Shown: positions 62,084-64,000 of the stretch, in pieces | Position numbering within the stretch: position 1 is the stretch's first letter | Layout: each line of letters opens with the position of its first letter | Source of the DNA: Tubulanus polymorphus | Taxonomy: Eukaryota > Animalia > Nemertea | Assembly: GCF_964204645.1 (NCBI RefSeq) | Contig: NC_134034.1 | Coordinates: forward strand, 992,001 to 1,056,000 | DNA: 64,000 nt | Reading direction: 5' to 3' | Program-made: the position numbers and the translations under genes | Notes under the pieces: generated by a model | Databases searched by the model: none | What the model was told of the DNA's origin: nothing | What the model saw: the letters and a program-made list of their open reading frames with translations, nothing else

Positions 62084-62698
62084 GCAGACGGAACCTGGTC
62101 ATAGTCTGCCACTCGCTGTTGACAGACGGAACCTGGTCATAGTCTGCCACTCGCTGGTGACAGACGGAACCTGGTCATAGTCTGCCACTCGCTGGTGACA
62201 GACGGAACCTGGTCATAGTCTGCCACTCGCTGGTGACAGACGGAACCTGGTCATAGTCTGCCACTCGCTGGTGACAGACGGAACCTGGTCATAGTCTGCC
62301 ACTCGCTGGTGACAGACGGAACCTGGTCATAGTCTGCCACTCGCTGGTGACAGACGGAACCTGGTCATAGTCTGCCACTCGCTGGTGACAGACGGAACCT
62401 GGTCATAGTCTGCCACTCGCTGGTGATAGACGGAACCTGGTCATAGTCTGCCACTCGCTGGTGACAGACGGAACCTGGACATAGTCTGCCACTCGCTGGT
62501 GACAGACGGAACCTGGACATAGTCTGCCACTCGCTGGTGACAGACGGAACCTGGTCATAGTCTGCCACTCGCTGGTGACAGACGGAACCTGGTCATAGTC
62601 TGCCACTCGCTGGTGACAGACGGAACCTGGTCATAGTCTGCCACTCGCTGGTGACAGACGGAACCTGGTCATAGTCTGCCACTCGCTGGTGACAGACG
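62084..62698. repeat. 38-bp near-perfect tandem repeat, about 16 units, downstream of the CCDC47 stop
   Basis: GACAGACGGAACCTGGTCATAGTCTGCCACTCGCTGGT. Confidence 0.93.
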
Positions 62699-63054
62699 AC
62701 CATCTACTCACTTGCCCCTCCTGCTTCTCGAACAGCAGCAGATGATGAAGTGCGTCTGTGAAGAGCGGGAAATAATGAAATTTGAAAACACAACAAAAAT
62801 CCGAGTGAGAAGAATCAATGGACGCCATGCTCTTTCGGTGAAATGCTTAACAATTTCAATATTCAACAGCCTTCAGTGAACAGATACACAACTATCAATG
62901 GAACTTGCTTGGAACTGAACGCAATAATAGAACTTGCCATAAGAATTGGGCCAGTTTTTTTTGGCTGAAGATTTGTCTAGGGTAGAGATACATTTACATA
63001 TATGTATAAAACAAGAATCGTCTTCAAAACTTCTAAAATTAACTTAATTCCGTC

Positions 63055-63121
63055 TACAGACGGACGGACTAAAAGTGAACGCAATAGCCAGCTGGGACTA
63101 AAGTCCCAAGAGGGTAAAAAA
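63055..63121 (+). mobile_element. Helentron/HINE-like 3' end relic
   Basis: ACAGACGGACGGAC microsatellite, GCAATAGCC, hairpin TGGGACT-AA-AGTCCCA, then an A-run. Confidence 0.4.
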
Positions 63122-63320
63122 GATACCACAGTGTTTTTTATGTTTTTCGGAGGTCCCCACCACCGATATCTATGTATATAAGTGTTGACTTAGGTGGAGT
63201 GGAGTGGATCCAGCTTGCAGGAGGTTGACGTCTGCTATGCTGTAGGGGGGTAGAGGTATTCGCGCACGTGTATGCTGTGGTCGTGTGGTGGGTGTTTTTA
63301 TTTTCGCGAGTATGAAATTT

Positions 63321-63560
63321 TTACATGGCTTTCATTTTCATCATTTTCATGCGCGGTTGTTTACGTTTCATCTCTCTCCTGTTCTCGCGATCCTCCCACT
63401 TCCTCTGTTTGTCCGGATCTTCTTCGTTCATCATTTTCTCTTTCTCCGAACGTTTCTTCTCTTCACGTCGAGCCTGTGCTGCCTCCTGGCGGGTAGAATG
63501 CGTAGCTTTCAGGTAGGATTCCTCGATCTTCTGTCGGTTCCTCTCGGCTCTCTGTTTAGC
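63321..63560 (-). CDS. CCDC47: CCDC47 (PAT complex subunit) last coding exon; gene continues beyond the right edge
   Basis: [56 protein letters not shown]...MKMMKMKAM*; ttttacag| acceptor; not in the ORF track. Confidence 0.95.
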   Translation of the reverse strand, partial: AKQRAERNRQKIEESYLKATHSTRQEAAQARREEKKRSEKEKMMNEEDPDKQRKWEDRENRREMKRKQPRMKMMKMKAM

Positions 63561-63579
63561 CTGTAAAATATCAAAAATT

Positions 63580-64000
63580 TCATAGGGGGATTTATGGAGG
63601 CAGACATCTTTTCTAGAAGTGTCTATAGATCAAATCACTAGTAGACAATTTGATGATGTCATAGAGGGATTCATGGAGGCAGACATCTTTTCTAGAAGTG
63701 CCTATAGATCAAATCACTAGTAGACAATTTGATGATGTCATAGGGGGATTCATGGAGGCAGACATCTTTTCTAGAAGTGTCTTTAGATCAAATCACTAGT
63801 AGACAATTTGATGATGTCATAGAGGGATTCATGGAGGCAGACATCTTTTCTAGAAGTGTCTATAGATCAAATCACTAGTAGACAATTTGATGATGTCATA
63901 GGGGGATTCATGGAGGCAGACATCTTTTCTAGAAGTGTCTTTAGATCAAATCACTAGTAGACAATTTGATGATGTCATAGGGGGATTCATTGAGGTAGAC
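63580..64000 (-). repeat. 79-bp dispersed satellite; also at 2080-2495, 28748-28862, 29610-30015, 44475-44760, 48818-48892, 61525-61940
   Basis: Unit CCCCCTATGACATCATCAAATTGTCTACTAGTGATTTGATCTATAGACACTTCTAGAAAAGATGTCTGCCTCCAT.AAT. Confidence 0.92.

Noticed and set aside
62084-62698. CRISPR-like 38-bp repeats and MADYDQ.. ORFs
   Set aside because: Head-to-tail VNTR without spacers; the unit length is not a multiple of 3.

Overview
Intron-rich, repeat-rich animal genomic DNA, probably a marine lophotrochozoan-type invertebrate (inference from gene and repeat content; species not identified). Protein-coding genes reconstructed from splice sites and phase: 5' half of an adenylyl cyclase of the ADCY5/6 type (minus, 5 coding exons, runs off the left edge); complete 7-exon NDUFA10 (minus, 412 aa); a ~1235-aa repeat-rich C2H2 + PHD-finger protein (plus); an ankyrin-repeat/SOCS-box protein (plus, 494 aa); an intronless class A peptide-type GPCR (minus); and the last exon of CCDC47 (minus). 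An intact U1 snRNA gene lies at 60101-60264 (minus). Most interesting signals: (1) a second, broken U1 gene fused to what I recognise from memory as a Dada-type (snRNA-targeting) transposase fragment; (2) 31-32 bp TIR-only relics with 7-bp target duplications that look like P-element excision footprints, together with a parent non-autonomous element; (3) a Penelope-type minimal hammerhead ribozyme inside a 93-bp inverted repeat; (4) two oppositely oriented 77-bp satellite arrays with CTCF-like motifs bracketing the start-codon exon of the cyclase; (5) a G-U-rich double hairpin in the PHD gene 3' region. Many MITEs and MITE-related minisatellites are present. No database searches or folding programs were run; family assignments come from motif recognition by eye.
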